Source: Lama glama (lineage: Eukaryota). From it: DNA of 64,000 nt. The position numbers were made by a program, and so were the translations under genes. Below, piece after piece: positions 41,121-54,316 of this stretch. The notes beneath the pieces are model-generated. The model did not search any database. It was not told the DNA's origin and was given only the letters and a program-made list of their open reading frames with translations. Each line of letters begins with the position of its first letter. Position 1 is the stretch's first letter. The DNA is taken from NCBI GenBank assembly GCA_028534125.1, contig CM052817.1:68512001-68576000 (forward strand). Reading direction: 5' to 3'.

Positions 41121-43014
41121 GTGAGATGAATGCCTCTAAGTCTAAATTCTGAATGTACTGACTTCTTTTGAGTATAGTCTTGCTTCTGGATTTAAAGGAA
41201 GAAAGGCCTCAGAAATCACTGGATCACTTACAGAGTGCAAAAGGGCTTATATATTACTGTCTCCTTATAACTTTGAAGGGTATAGGTGGGAGAGTGTGGG
41301 ACATTGTGTCTGCCATCTGCTTTTTTCCTAAATAAATATTTTCTGGATACTACCTAGATGCCAAACCTGGTGCTGGGACAACAAAAATTTAAAGGATATG
41401 AGTCCTATCTCTACCTTGCTTCTCTTACCTCGAGACTGTTTCCTTTTGGAGTGGTTTTTGTTTGTATCACTCATTTGGTTTTTAATGCATATTGTTTTTA
41501 TTGTTTATTTTCCACATAAAATATTTTAATGATTTATATTCTTCATACTGAAGCACCTAGTGAATAACTATATTTTATACCATCTTCTAAAAAACTTATC
41601 CACAGCACCAAAGAGAGTAATATTTATTGGTTGGTATTAATACTAATGGCATCTAAAAAACCAAGCATCACATTCTAACATATTAATTTTAAGCACTCAA
41701 TTTATGAATCTCCTTATTACTATGCATATGCTTTTATTTTGCCTTTAATTCTTTGAAAATAGTATTTAAGATTAATAGAGTTAGAAAGAAATGTCCCTTA
41801 TTTCCTCACAATGTAATCAAATGGGTATCCATCATAAGAGATTACAAACGGTCCATGAATTTTCCAGCCTTGGAAGGCCACAGGTAGGTAGTTTAGACAC
41901 CTTGATCAAAGGAGATTTTAGAACCCACAGTCTCCATTCTTCAGTGTGTTCTTGATACTAGAAAAGATCTAATGATAACCAATGACTCTTGTAAGTCATT
42001 TAGTTTGTGATTTCTCTCAATGTACTATGATTGACATACAGGTGCCAATATTTGTTATTTAGACGTGGGAGAGAGGAAGATATGTGGTAACATAAGAGGA
42101 TGCTGGACGGAAAAAGGAATGTTGTGAGGTTAAACGGTCCAAATTTAAGAAATCTTGGTTTTAAAGCAGGCTTTCAAAAGGAAATTTAGAAAATTTCACA
42201 AGTTGGGTCCTCTGGGAAGGTCATAAAATGTGGGTGACTTTATTTTCCGTTCTTCATGCCCTTGGATCCACTCCCACTATAAGGCAACACAGAAATACTG
42301 ATTCTCTTCATTTAGCTTATAATTAGTAAAACAACCAAGTCAGGTCTCTGCCTAGTTCCAACTTTGAACCAAGTATTGCAGGATGACATAGAGGCACTCC
42401 TACATTGGGCTACTACTCATCCATACTCATTAAAGAACAATGGCCAAGTGAGTTGCTTTACTTTCTGCTGTTCTGTTTTTATTTATCCTGCAGAAAATAA
42501 AAGCAATAAAAAAAAAAGTCTGACTATAAGTTTTGGAAAACTTAGATTGAATGTCACTTCCATACTGTGTGTATTTTTAAATTTCAAACAGTTAATTAAA
42601 TAATTTGAAAGGAATTATCAGGAGAGTGGTATGTACATAAACTGTTTTAATTAATTTAGTAATAGTCCATCATATTAAAATAGAGTAACATAATGTTATG
42701 CTTTTTGGATGGTTTTCTGAGAGACTACAAATAAAGGCTAAACCAAAAGCAACATAAAAAGCTGAAAAATTAAAAGTATTTTAAACCCTTAAAGGAACAG
42801 ATAAGAACTTCTGTATCAGGGGTCCCTGACCAGTCAGCTGGAATTGAATGCTTCTTTTGGGGGTCCACTCACCTACTCTGCTAAGGAATTTCTGGTATCC
42901 CTGAAGCCCTAACACCAGGACCATGAACATTTATACTCTCTTCAAACTCAGGGGTCTCACAGTTTAGGGAAATTAGAAACTTTTCACAAAAAGATGGGGA
43001 TGTATCATTTAAAA

Positions 43015-43355
43015 TAGTAGGCTCCCAAACTGTTTTCAGTCATCTCAGATTCTAGGGATTACTTGAGGAGCTCTGTAAATGTATGGTTTTAATTTCATTT
43101 TAAAATTTCATTTCAAAAATTATGATTGAAAATATGCACATGAAAATTTACATGCCAATTTTAGCATATAAGAAACCACCAGTCTGCTAACCCTCATTCA
43201 CATATAACTCTCATTTATAGTTAGTAAATGCTATAAATATTAACTTATGAAAAAATTAATTGTGAAAAAATTCATTTATATTTTATATGTTGAGTTTCTA
43301 AAAAGATTTTATTTTAAAACGGAGTTACCTTGTTCAAAAAAATTTGAAAACCATT
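43015..43355. mobile_element. Possible hAT-Charlie non-autonomous element
   Basis: Degenerate TIRs tagtaggctcccaaact ... aatttgaaaaccatt. Confidence 0.4.
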
Positions 43356-43940
43356 TATTTAGATTCTAGAGTATAGAGAATCAAGGCCTGCTTTACAAGA
43401 ATCTAACAGATGATGAAAATATAGGGGGAAAGGCTGAACTATCGCTATTTCCTAACTTTTCATACTTCAACGCCAGGAAAAAACACCAGAAGTTGTGGCA
43501 CACTTAATAGTAAAATGTCAGTGAAAAATACTTTAACATGCTTTCTATAAGCCAATATTTTGAAAATTATAATAAATAAAAGTTCAATGTTGAGATCTGG
43601 CAAACTTTCCTTTAGGCTATGAGGTAGACCAGGTACTTTTCATCTTTGCCAAAATTTAACCTATAGCAGGAAGGATTCAAGTTTCCCCAAGAACAGAAAC
43701 ATACATCAGAGAAACACAAAAACCAAGAAAACAGCCCACTATTCTGGTGGTGTTTGGAAAACATTTTAAGGTCTCTGGTATGTAGTATTATCTTATGAAA
43801 CATTATGCAAGTCTATTCTAGCATCCAGTTTGAGAGTTACTTAGCTATCTGAATTCAGAGGAATCCCAGATACGTTCAGTTTTTACCACATGCCCTTTAA
43901 GAGGAAAGGAAGCAATAGAATAAAGCAGTACCACCCTTTA

Positions 43941-44138
<198 letters not shown>

Positions 44139-46511
44139 CTAAAAAAAAATGCACAAACAACACAAATATTGAGAATATTAGAGAGAGACAAACTACAGCC
44201 AGTATACAATAACTTCAGGTTTTTGATATGAATCACTATAGCATATGGGAGAACAGGAGACTATTTTAGCAGTCTACTTTGTAACTGTATTCCGCATTAC
44301 TGAGGTTTGCTGTTTTATTAGTCACACATATAGGAAAGCATTATTATTTTGCTTCACTATAAGTTTCTGGCTCAAATGTGATAGAAAGAGATGAGGCAAA
44401 TTTTTCCTTGAGAGCACTGTTAATCTTTAAAACCAGCTCCTTTAAGCACATTTCATTTTTCTTGAAGTATAATTACTATTGTTGTGAACTGCATTAATTA
44501 TAGCTCTGGTAATACGAGAAATTGCTTTGTAACTCAGTATACATGCAAATTAAAGGAATTGGTTCCAATATATATTGGACTTTTATAACATGATTTATGT
44601 TATATGTGAATGGTTGAGTGGAAATTAGATTCTCAGAGATTAATGAAAGCAACATAATGCTTTTTTAGATATTAAAGCAAATTGACAATGTATTTTATTG
44701 TAAAGGAGGTAAAATCAGACTCAAGACTATCAAACCAGTATGTGTTTGTTACATGGCATAAGACAGATTCACACTAAGGGCAATTTACAATTATCCTCCA
44801 TGTTATTTAGTAGGGAGGAGGATTCCTTCCCTCCAACCCCCATAAAAGGCAATGCAGTACAACTTAATTCAACATAAATTTGTGGAACACTAGTAATTAC
44901 TCTTGAAAACTTATTTAACATAATTTGAGAATTTAAGAACTTTCAAAATTTACTTGTTTGAAAATATGATATTCAAAAGAAACATTTAATTTATATGCTT
45001 AATAAGTTTTCAAAACGGAGTCTAATTATTATCTCATTTACTCATTTTTTCTCTTTTCTCAATTCCATTGTAGGATTCCACATTTCCAATTTTCAATTTA
45101 GGCTTTCTAGGCAGGAGAGAATAAAGCCTATAAATCACTTATTAGACAGAATTGTTTTGGGGAAAAAAAAAGTTTTCAATTGGAACTTGAGTATCAGGTC
45201 TCATCCCTTGGATTTCCCTGACTAGGTCATAAATTATTTAGTGGCACTTGTTCTCTCACTTCATTAGCTTTTAAATAGAAATGGAAATTGCTAAGCTGTA
45301 TGGGTTTGTTGCTCTTAATAAAAAATAGGCGTTAGGAATTTAAATTTTTTAATATTAGGAATTAAAGCTACTTAAACATTCTGAAATGAAAAGTGCTCCA
45401 GAAAGATCAAAGAGCTTTAAAACCAGCAAATCATACACTCAATGCTTCGATCTCCTTTTCCATTAGACCGCAATCTCTACAGGTATTTTTCCCAGCCCTC
45501 AAATGAAGTTGTACATTTATGAAGAAAAAACAAAGAACTTTTGATTACTCTAGTTCTGCTTTCAGTCATTTAGTGATGGCTGTGGCATTTCAAAAGGAGG
45601 TTTCTTCTGAATGAAAGGTGTGCCTGACGAAGAAAAGAATTTGACCAATGTATTCTCTTTGAAGAACTGATTGATTTAAGAAAGATTTGACCTTAGCATT
45701 GGTTCCAATCAAATGCATACGTGAGTCTTTCAAAGGAAAGAGCAATTGCCAAGTGAAATGGTAAGATCAGGAGAAAGGAATCACTGACAAATTTGTAAGT
45801 TTCTCAACTTTTTTTTGAGTGTGCATCAGCAAAGAACTTTAATATGTTGCATGCATGTTCCTCTGCGAATTAACTCTAGGAGATTAGTAAGTTATACTTA
45901 GGACAAATTATACTACTTTGCTTTATGAAGAAAATAATTGTTATCAAAAATACAGAATCTAGTTTTTCTTTTATTAGACAGCTTTGTATGACATTTTACT
46001 ATTCATTTACAATTTCCACTTAGGGGCATAAAAATTAAACTTCCTCTACACAATTTTTGTCTTATTTAGTATTATTTACATTGGCATTTTCTTGTGTAAC
46101 TATGGTTTCAAATTCACGAAATTTTGTTTATGGACAATGGACAAGAATTTAGGATAAATATAGGACAACTCTGAATATGTCCATTAATGTATTGTTTCTG
46201 CCCAAGAACCTGTATGTAATCCATATGAAACCTAAACATCCAAATATTAGAAACCAACTGGTGTGAGAATGACTTTTTAAAAAAATAATATTCTATTGCC
46301 AACCTAGAGTCAGAATTTATTCACAGTGTTACTGATAAAAATCATCTTTCAGTAGAGTGAAGGTCTCTGAAAGGGCTATCTGGATGTATCAGTGATAATG
46401 CTAAGCAAGAAAAGCAAAAATCTAAACCTGGTAACAAGACAAGTATTTTGCTGTGTCCATTAAACTACTGGGAGAATGACTCTGTCATGGTAGACTGAAA
46501 TGATAGACTTT

Positions 46512-47740
46512 ATCTTTTTGTATATGGTGTTAAAGAATGTACTAAGTTCATTCTTTTACATATAGCTGTCCAGTTTTCCCAGCACCACTTACTGAAGAGA
46601 CTGTCTTTTCTCTATTGTATATTCTTGCCTCCTTTGTCTCCACCATAAGTGTGTGGGTTTATTTCTGACCTTTCCATCCTGTTCCATTGATCTATGTGTC
46701 TGTTTTTGTGCCAGTACTATTCTGTTTTGATTACTTTAGCTTTGTAGTATAGTCCAAAGTCAGGGAGTGTAATTCCTCCAGTTCTGTTCTTCTTACTCAG
46801 GATTGTTTTGGCTATTTAGGATCTTCTGTGTTTCCATACAAACTTAAAAATTATTCATTCTAGTTTTGTGACAAATGCCAATGGTATTTTGATAGGCATT
46901 GTGTTAAATCTGTAGACTGCCTTGGGTAGTATGGTCATTTTAACAATACTAATTCTTCCAATCCGAGAACATGGCATATCTTTTCATCTGTTACCATCTT
47001 CAACTTCTTTCAGCAGTGTCTTATAGTTTTCTGAGTACAGGTCTTTTACCTCCTTAGGTTTATTCCTAGGTATTTTATTCTTTTTGATACAGTGGTAAAT
47101 GAAACTGTTGCCTTAATATCTCTTCCTGATAGTTCATTGTTAATGTATAGAAATGCAATGGGTTTCTGTATATTAATTTTGTATCCTGCTTTACCAAATT
47201 CAAGATGGGCTCTAGTAGTTTTCTGGTAACATCTTTAGGATTTTCTATGTATACTTACAATGTCATCTGCAAACAGTGACCAATTTACTTCTTCTTTCCT
47301 AATTTGGATTCCTTTTATTTCTTTTTCTTCTCTGCTGTGACTAGGACTTCCAATATCATGTTGAATAAAAGTGGTGAGAATAAGATCCTCCTCTTGTTCC
47401 TGGTATTAGAGAAACTGCTTCTTGTTTTTCACTATTGAGTATGATGTTTGCTGTGGGTTTGTTACACATGGTCTCTATTATGTTGAAGTATTTTCCCTCA
47501 ATGCCTGCTTTCTGGAGAGGTTTTTTTCTTTTTGTCATAAATAGATGCTGAATTCTGTCAAATGCTTTTCTGCAACTATTGAGATAATCATATAGTTTTT
47601 ATTCTTCAATTTGTGAATGTGGTGTATCACATTTATTGATTACAAATATTGAAAAATCCTTGCATCCCTGGGATAAATCCCATCTGATCAAGGTGTATAA
47701 TCCTTTTAATGTACCGTTGGATTTAGTATGCTAACACTTG
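46512..47740 (-). mobile_element. L1 ORF2 internal fragment (5'- and 3'-truncated) with TSD
   Basis: Antisense RT (tgtcatctgcaaacagtgac = SLFADD; tccttgcatccctgggataaatccc = GFIPGMQG); TSD TGAAATGATAGACTTT / TGAAATGGTAGATTTT. Confidence 0.92.
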
Positions 47741-47949
47741 TGAAATGGTAGATTTTTAATGAGGGTATGCTTGTATACCCTTATGCTGCATATGCAACCA
47801 ACAACAATAAGGATATAAATGTATACACTTATGTTTCATATGCAAAAGGTCCTAAATAAATATAAAGGCATATTAACTTTGAGAATACAGAGACAGTATC
47901 TAGAATTCTCATATTTTCTGTAATGGATTCTTGCACTAATAGTGCACTT

Positions 47950-49205
47950 ACTCAGGGCAAAAATCTGAAAATCAGCACAGACTCTTCATTCTTCCTTATT
48001 CCTTATTCCCATCTAACACATCCCCAAGTTTCACCAAAATAATTCCTGAATCTGTTCCCTGGTTCACTGCCCTATCTCAGGGCTTCCATTGTCCCTTACA
48101 TGGACTGTAAAAGCTGTTTCCTCTTTTGCTATTTCCTTTTTTCTCTGCTTCCCTCTTCATCTAAATTCATCTCTTTTAATCTATATTCCAAATGCCATTT
48201 GAGTCAAAAATAAAAATCTGATCATGTAAAGTTTATAATTAAAACACCTCAGTGGCTTCTAAACATTGATAGAGTGAAATCCAAATTCCTTGGTATAGTG
48301 TACAAAGCCCTTTATTAATTGATCCCTGTCTATAGTAGGCAGGAGACCATAGGTTTTGGAGTCAGACTGTCAGGACTCAAATCTTGGCCAGACACTCATC
48401 AGTATGTGGCTTTTGGTATAATATATATCCTCTCTGGCCAATTTCTTCAGCTATCAAGTGGATAACAGCCGCTATCTGAACCCTCCTGGGCAACGGTAAG
48501 AATTAAATGTTAATTTATATAAACTACTTAGAATAGTGTCTGACACACTGTTAAGAGTTCAATAAATGTTTGTTGTCTTTCACCTTTTTTCTCACCCCTC
48601 ACCACCTTGTACCTTATGCGTCAGCGTTAGCAGACTGTTTGCCTTTTCATACCACTGTGCCTTTGTCCATGTTGTTTCCTCTGCTTAGAATGCCACAATT
48701 TGTCCATCTAATTAATCTCTGCTTACCTTACAAGTATTAGCTCAAACATTACTTTCTCTGTGAAGAAAGTGTCTTTTTAATTCCTCACAGAATTATTTAG
48801 TTTCTCCTCTGTGTCCCCATAGGTGTCTGGTACACATCTTTATTGTAATAGGATTATTTACTTCCCACTAGGTTGAAAGCTCCTTAAGGATAAGGAAAAT
48901 GACTTTTACGCCTGTTTTCCCCAGGTCTCAGCATATAAATGAATAAAATAGTATTTCTAAATCTTCTATTACTTTTCCTGAGTAACTCTGTGCTATGGGG
49001 TATGTATATATTCCCCAAACAACCTGTACATACCTCTATCATAGTAATTACTATATTTGTAATATATTATCTATTTCTCCACTTCACTTACAAAATCCTT
49101 GAGTACAAGTTCTATGTCTTTTCATATTTGCATCTCCAAAAGAAAGCACAAGGTTTGGCAAAAAGAAATCCAATAGATAGTTAATGAATGAGTGAGTGAA
49201 TAAAA
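47950..49205 (+). mobile_element. L2 fragments interrupted by a MIR (about 48335-48575)
   Basis: aaatctgatcatgt...aaatccaaattccttggtatag; MIR ttttggagtcagac...cttagaatagtgtctgacaca; (aatg)n tail near 49190. Confidence 0.65.
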
Positions 49206-50205
49206 ATATGATTAAATAATTTTACAGAGCATATTCTATTCTTATGTCTGGATTACTAGGCAGATTCTTCAGGGATGGCAAATCATCAGATTCTCTCTAG
49301 CCTCTAGGCATTGTGATGGTTAATCAAGAACACTGAAATCTATATCTGCTGCAGTAATTTCTCACAGTCATCTTCCCTTTTCTCAACTGAAAAATTGAAG
49401 ATGACAGTTGCCACCATATAAGCTTACAAAATGTACTCTAATCAATTGAAAGAAGTTAGATGAATATAAAGAAGGTAAAGAAATAAAAACAAACTGTCCT
49501 TAGGAAAGCAGGCAAAATAATTTAGTGATAATAAATATATGAATGAAGGAAAAATAGATAAATACTACAGTTGATAGTTTGGAGAAAATCAATAAAACTG
49601 GAAAATCTATGTATAAACTGTATGCATAATTAGAAATGAGAAAAATATAAACATGTTTTATAGTCTTTTTCTTTCTTTCTATATTTTCTTTATATATCTT
49701 TATCTTTCTTTATCTATATCTTTTTAATTATCTATAAATGAGAAGGAGAATAAGCATGTAAAAATATTTGAAAAAATAAAAAATACTGATTCCAAATAGT
49801 CCCAAGAGTACAAAATCTAAATAGACCTATATATCCACAGGCCTAAGTAGAGATGAAGAGAATTATGAATGATGTGTGTGTGTGTGTGCAAAAGTCACAG
49901 AAAAGCTGGACAGACTGTGGAAATACAGGTAAATTTTTAAGGTTTTGAAGTAAGTACTAAAAGGAAGATGCCAAATACATTTTCTCCCCAAACAACTCTA
50001 TCTCATTTTCAAAGAATAGGGAATCCCTATAACTGTTAGATGGCAAAGAAAACATTGAAAGGTTATTTGAAGCTACCTTAACTTAATACTTACATCTGAT
50101 AAAGATAGCACCAATCACACCTCTCTCAATAGTCCTTATAAATTTTTTAAAAATTTCAAAACTAGAAAACTGAATGTAGTAGCAATTTAAAAGAAAGGTA
50201 TATTA

Positions 50206-50796
50206 CTTCAAAATAACACCTGCAGCCCAATGTTCATAGCAGGACTATTTACAATAGTCAAGACATGGAAACAGCCTATATGTCCATCAACAGAGGACTG
50301 GATAAAGAAGATGTGGTATATTTATACAATGGAATACTATTCAGCCATAAAAACCAACAACATAACGCCATTTGCAGCAACATGGATGTTACTGGAGAAT
50401 GTCATTCTAAGTGAAGTAAGCCAGAAAGAGAAAGAAAAATACCATATGAGATCGCTCATATGCAGAATCTAAAAAAAAAAATAAAACCAAACAAATACAA
50501 ATACAAAACAGAAACAGATTCATAGACATAGAATACAAACCTGTGGTTGCCAGGGGGATGGGGGGGTGGGAAGGGACAAACTGGGATTTCAAAATGTAGA
50601 ATAGATAAACAAGATTGTACTGTGTAGCACAGGGAAATACATACAGGATCTTGTGGTGGCTCACAGCAAAAGAGAATGGGACAATGAATGTATGTATGTT
50701 CATGTATAACTGAAAAATTGTGCTCTACACTAGAATTTGACACAACATTGTAAAATGACTATAACGCAATAAAAAAAAAAAGAAAAATAAATAAAT
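50206..50796 (+). mobile_element. Young 5'-truncated L1 with complete 3' UTR, poly(A) and TSD
   Basis: Open ORF2 tail MFIAGLFTIVKTWKQP...; A-tail from 50771; TSD AAAAGAAAGGTATATTA (50189-50205) / AAAAGAATGGCATATTA (50797-50813). Confidence 0.95.
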
Positions 50797-51452
50797 AAAA
50801 GAATGGCATATTATGACCAAATAGGGCATATTCAAGGAATGAAGAATGGTTCAATATTAGGACAATTTTTAAAATAATTCATCATCTTTAATTAGTCAAA
50901 GGATGCAAAATATGTAAACATCACTATAGGTGACATAAAGCCAAATGTGATAAAATTGCACATTTATTCCTAATTTTAGAAAAAGAAAAACTCATGGTAA
51001 ACACATATCAGAAGGAAAGTTAATTAGAATGATGAAAGATGTTCATTAAGATAGATCTTCTTTATCTCAAATATTTGACCTCATACCTAATGATGAACCA
51101 CAAAGGCAGACATTAAAATAAAAGTGCAGAAATATATTGTAACTATGAGCATCACTATTTATTACTGCTATGGAAGTTGCTGTGAAGTCAATAAGAAAAT
51201 TAAATAAGGGGCATAAATATCAGAAAAAAGAAATATATGATTTTTAGATGATATAACAGTCTGCATAAAAATCTAGAATAATCAGAGTTAAATTCAATAA
51301 AAATGGTAAGAATCTGGTAAAGTTTTAGTTACAACATACACACAACAGTATCACTCGCTTTTCTCTATAGTAACAGTAGCCAGCCAGAAAACACCAGGAG
51401 CAAGAACTTTCAATCACACAATCAAAATATTTCTTGAAAATAAAATACTTAG

Positions 51453-51590
51453 CGGGAGTAGGTATAGCTCAAGTGGTAGGGCACATGCTTAGCATGCATG
51501 GTCCTGTATTCAATCCCCAGTACCTCCTCTAACCATCAATAAATAAATAAACCTAATTACCCACCCCTGAAAATAATAAATAAATAAAAG
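51453..51590 (+). mobile_element. tRNA-derived SINE, camelid Vic-1-like
   Basis: GGTATAGCTCAAGTGGTAG (A box), ATTCAATCCCCAGTACCTCC (B box), AAACCTAATTACC, A-rich tail; TSD TAAAATACTTAG (51441-51452 / 51591-51602). Confidence 0.88.
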
Positions 51591-52461
51591 TAAAATACTT
51601 AGAAATAAGAGAATCATATTTAAAGAAAATGAGAGTTTTGTGGTGGGCATTTGAAAAAACTGAGAGACACAAGATGCTACCTGGAAAGAAAGATTCAATA
51701 TTACAAGATCTTTATTTTTCTTCAGAGCAATGTATTAATATTTGACAACTTGATCAAAACCCCAAAATGATCTTTTTTTGATTTTGAAACATAAATTCTA
51801 AAGTTCACTTGACAGACTAAATTGGTGAGAATGTCAAGAAAATAATGAAAAATAATAAAATACATTGTCATATATTAAAATTATATACAATCAACACTAT
51901 ACGATACTGCAGCAGAATACACTAGAAGATTAACATGACATAATGTGATGCACAGAAACATACTCAAACATATGTAAGTATCTGGTAAAAGAATAGGACC
52001 ACATGTTATTTCACTGGGGAAAGGGTGTTTTATGTAGGATAATGTTGGCATTTATTAACTACAATAAAATAAAAGTATGTTTCATCTTATACTATACAGT
52101 AAAATGATTTATAGGTGGAACCAAAAATAATTTGTAAAAAGTGGAATCATAAAAAACGAGAAAAAGTATTGAATACTAGAAATACTTATAAGCATGTAGC
52201 AAAAGCTAAACTTTTAAAGAAGAGTAGTGTATGTGAAAAATAAAAATTTAAGATGCCCTTAATATATAAAGAACTCTTTTAATCAGTAAGATAAACCAAT
52301 AAGAAATAAAATCTGCTTAGTTAAAAAGAAAGGAGGGGAGATGTAAACACATACTTGACAAAATAAACACAGCTAGTTAATAAATTTTTTTTGCCTCACT
52401 TATAATCACAGAAATATAAAAAAACATATGCACAGTCATAGAAATGCAAAAACTAGGTAAG

Positions 52462-52938
52462 TGTTCTGGATATCTTTTGTTTGCCCTTCCAGATTGACTA
52501 TTCTCTGGCTTCCACCTTGTTCTCTGCTTTATGTGGCAACCTAGTTGGACTGCAAGAGGGAGCCTAGGTCCTCTGGCTTTCAAGTGGGTACAAACAACAG
52601 GGAGAGTAAGGTCAGGATTTTACTCCCTTGGTGCCCTACTTGAAAAGTCACCTTGGTCCGGCTATGTCCACTGACCAAAGGGCACTGTTCCTCTCAAGAG
52701 GGATTTCTCTACCTGTTTCTCTTTTTTCATGTTCTGATACGCTCTTTCTCCCGCACGCTTTTGGCCTTTGAGTGTTAACAGGGCTGTCACTAATATCCAT
52801 AATTTACTGCATTATCTCTTGTATTTTCACCAGTATGTCACCATCATCTTTGTAATTATTATCTCTGAAAATGAAACATTCTTGAATTATCCTAATTTGA
52901 GTGTACCATCTTTTGCTGTTGGTTGAACTCTGACAGGA
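52462..52938 (+). mobile_element. LTR33-like ERVL LTR
   Basis: ggatatcttttgtttgcccttccaga...cctctggcttt...ggtcaggatttt...cctaatttgagtgtaccatc. Confidence 0.75.
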
Positions 52939-54271
52939 AGGGATTAGGGAAGAACTCTAAATTACACATGTTTTAGATGTGTGAAATTAACATAAACTCT
53001 CTGAAGAAAAAAATGGAAATATACATTAAAAAATTTCAAATACGCATGCCTTTCAATAAAGAAATTTATATTTAGAAATTTGTTCCATGGACATAACCAC
53101 AGACTGTAAAAAGTTGTATGGGAAAATATTTATTGAATATATTGTTTTTCTTAAATTATGAAAAACTATGTCAACACATGATAAAAGGGGTGGGATGAAT
53201 AAATACCAATGAATTCATATAAAAATACCATTATCCATTAAATTTAAATTTTAGGAAAAATTTCTTACTTGAGATACTCAGGATATATTATCAAGGGGAA
53301 AAAGACTCTATAAGACAATAAATTCCCTATGATATCAGTTTGGTGATGTACACATATATATATATGAATGATGCATAGAAACTGTACAAGTGGTAGTTTA
53401 TGAATGAGTGGAATTTGTTTTTTTTCCTTAATGCTTTTCTGTGTTTAAGTTTTATTCATTAATTAAGTCATTATGAGCTATTTTTGAAAATTTAAAAATT
53501 AATAAAATATGAGATTCGTTTTCAACCAGTATTATTATGTACTCCTCTTAAATACTTAATGAATCTTATCTATCTGAAGACAATTCTTGTCAAATGTTTA
53601 CAACAATACAAAAAGGCTTTATGAATGAGAACTTATGGCTATATTCACCATTGTAGGAACTAAGATTTGGCATTGGAAAACATGTAGAGATGTTAAAGAA
53701 AGACAATAAAATCATTATTATTTTTAAATTCATATAAAAATTTATAATGACTTTAAACAGATCAGAAAGTAGAGCAGACTTTCGTGCATTCAAGTTTGGA
53801 AAGGAGACATAACAATTTAATATAGACAATTAGATAAAAAATGTTTGAGGTTCACTGGAATGTTACATTGGTAAGGACTACTTTGTCTTTTGCTTGAAGA
53901 AATATTTCAATAAACTGATGTTTATCCACCACTTTATCAAATGTATGAAGAATTTAGAGAAAAGGGCCTGTTGGCCATGTGGAAGAATGTTTAATATACT
54001 TTTCCAAACTTCAAAAACCACAAATGTAAACTAAATTATCATCACTATTTTTCCTAGCTTAACATTAGATAGTAGAAATTATTTAGTAGACTACTGCTTA
54101 AATGACCGATACTTTTCTTAGCAAGAATTGTGTTTCCTTTAAGAGTAATATATTTTGATCCTGTACTCAGAAACAACTCCATATGATCATACTCATAATG
54201 TATATTAGAAGGTTAAAAACAAAACAACAGACAACTTTCCTTATGGAAGGAAGCAGTTTTCATATTTTATG

Positions 54272-54274
<3 letters not shown>

Positions 54275-54314
<40 letters not shown>
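54275..54314. repeat. (GT)20 microsatellite
   Basis: Perfect dinucleotide run. Confidence 0.98.

Positions 54315-54316
<2 letters not shown>

Larger units (their letters stand above)
49480..53460 (+). mobile_element. Very old, fragmented L1 (L1ME-like) hosting later insertions
   Basis: A-rich decayed ORF2 (tgaccaaatagggcatattcaaggaatg...tggttcaatattag resembling DQVGFIPGMQGWFNIR; tttttagatgatata resembling FADD). Confidence 0.7.

Noticed and set aside
51455..51530. tRNA-like sequence
   Set aside because: Degenerate, followed by a SINE body, A-tail and TSD, so a SINE rather than a tRNA gene.
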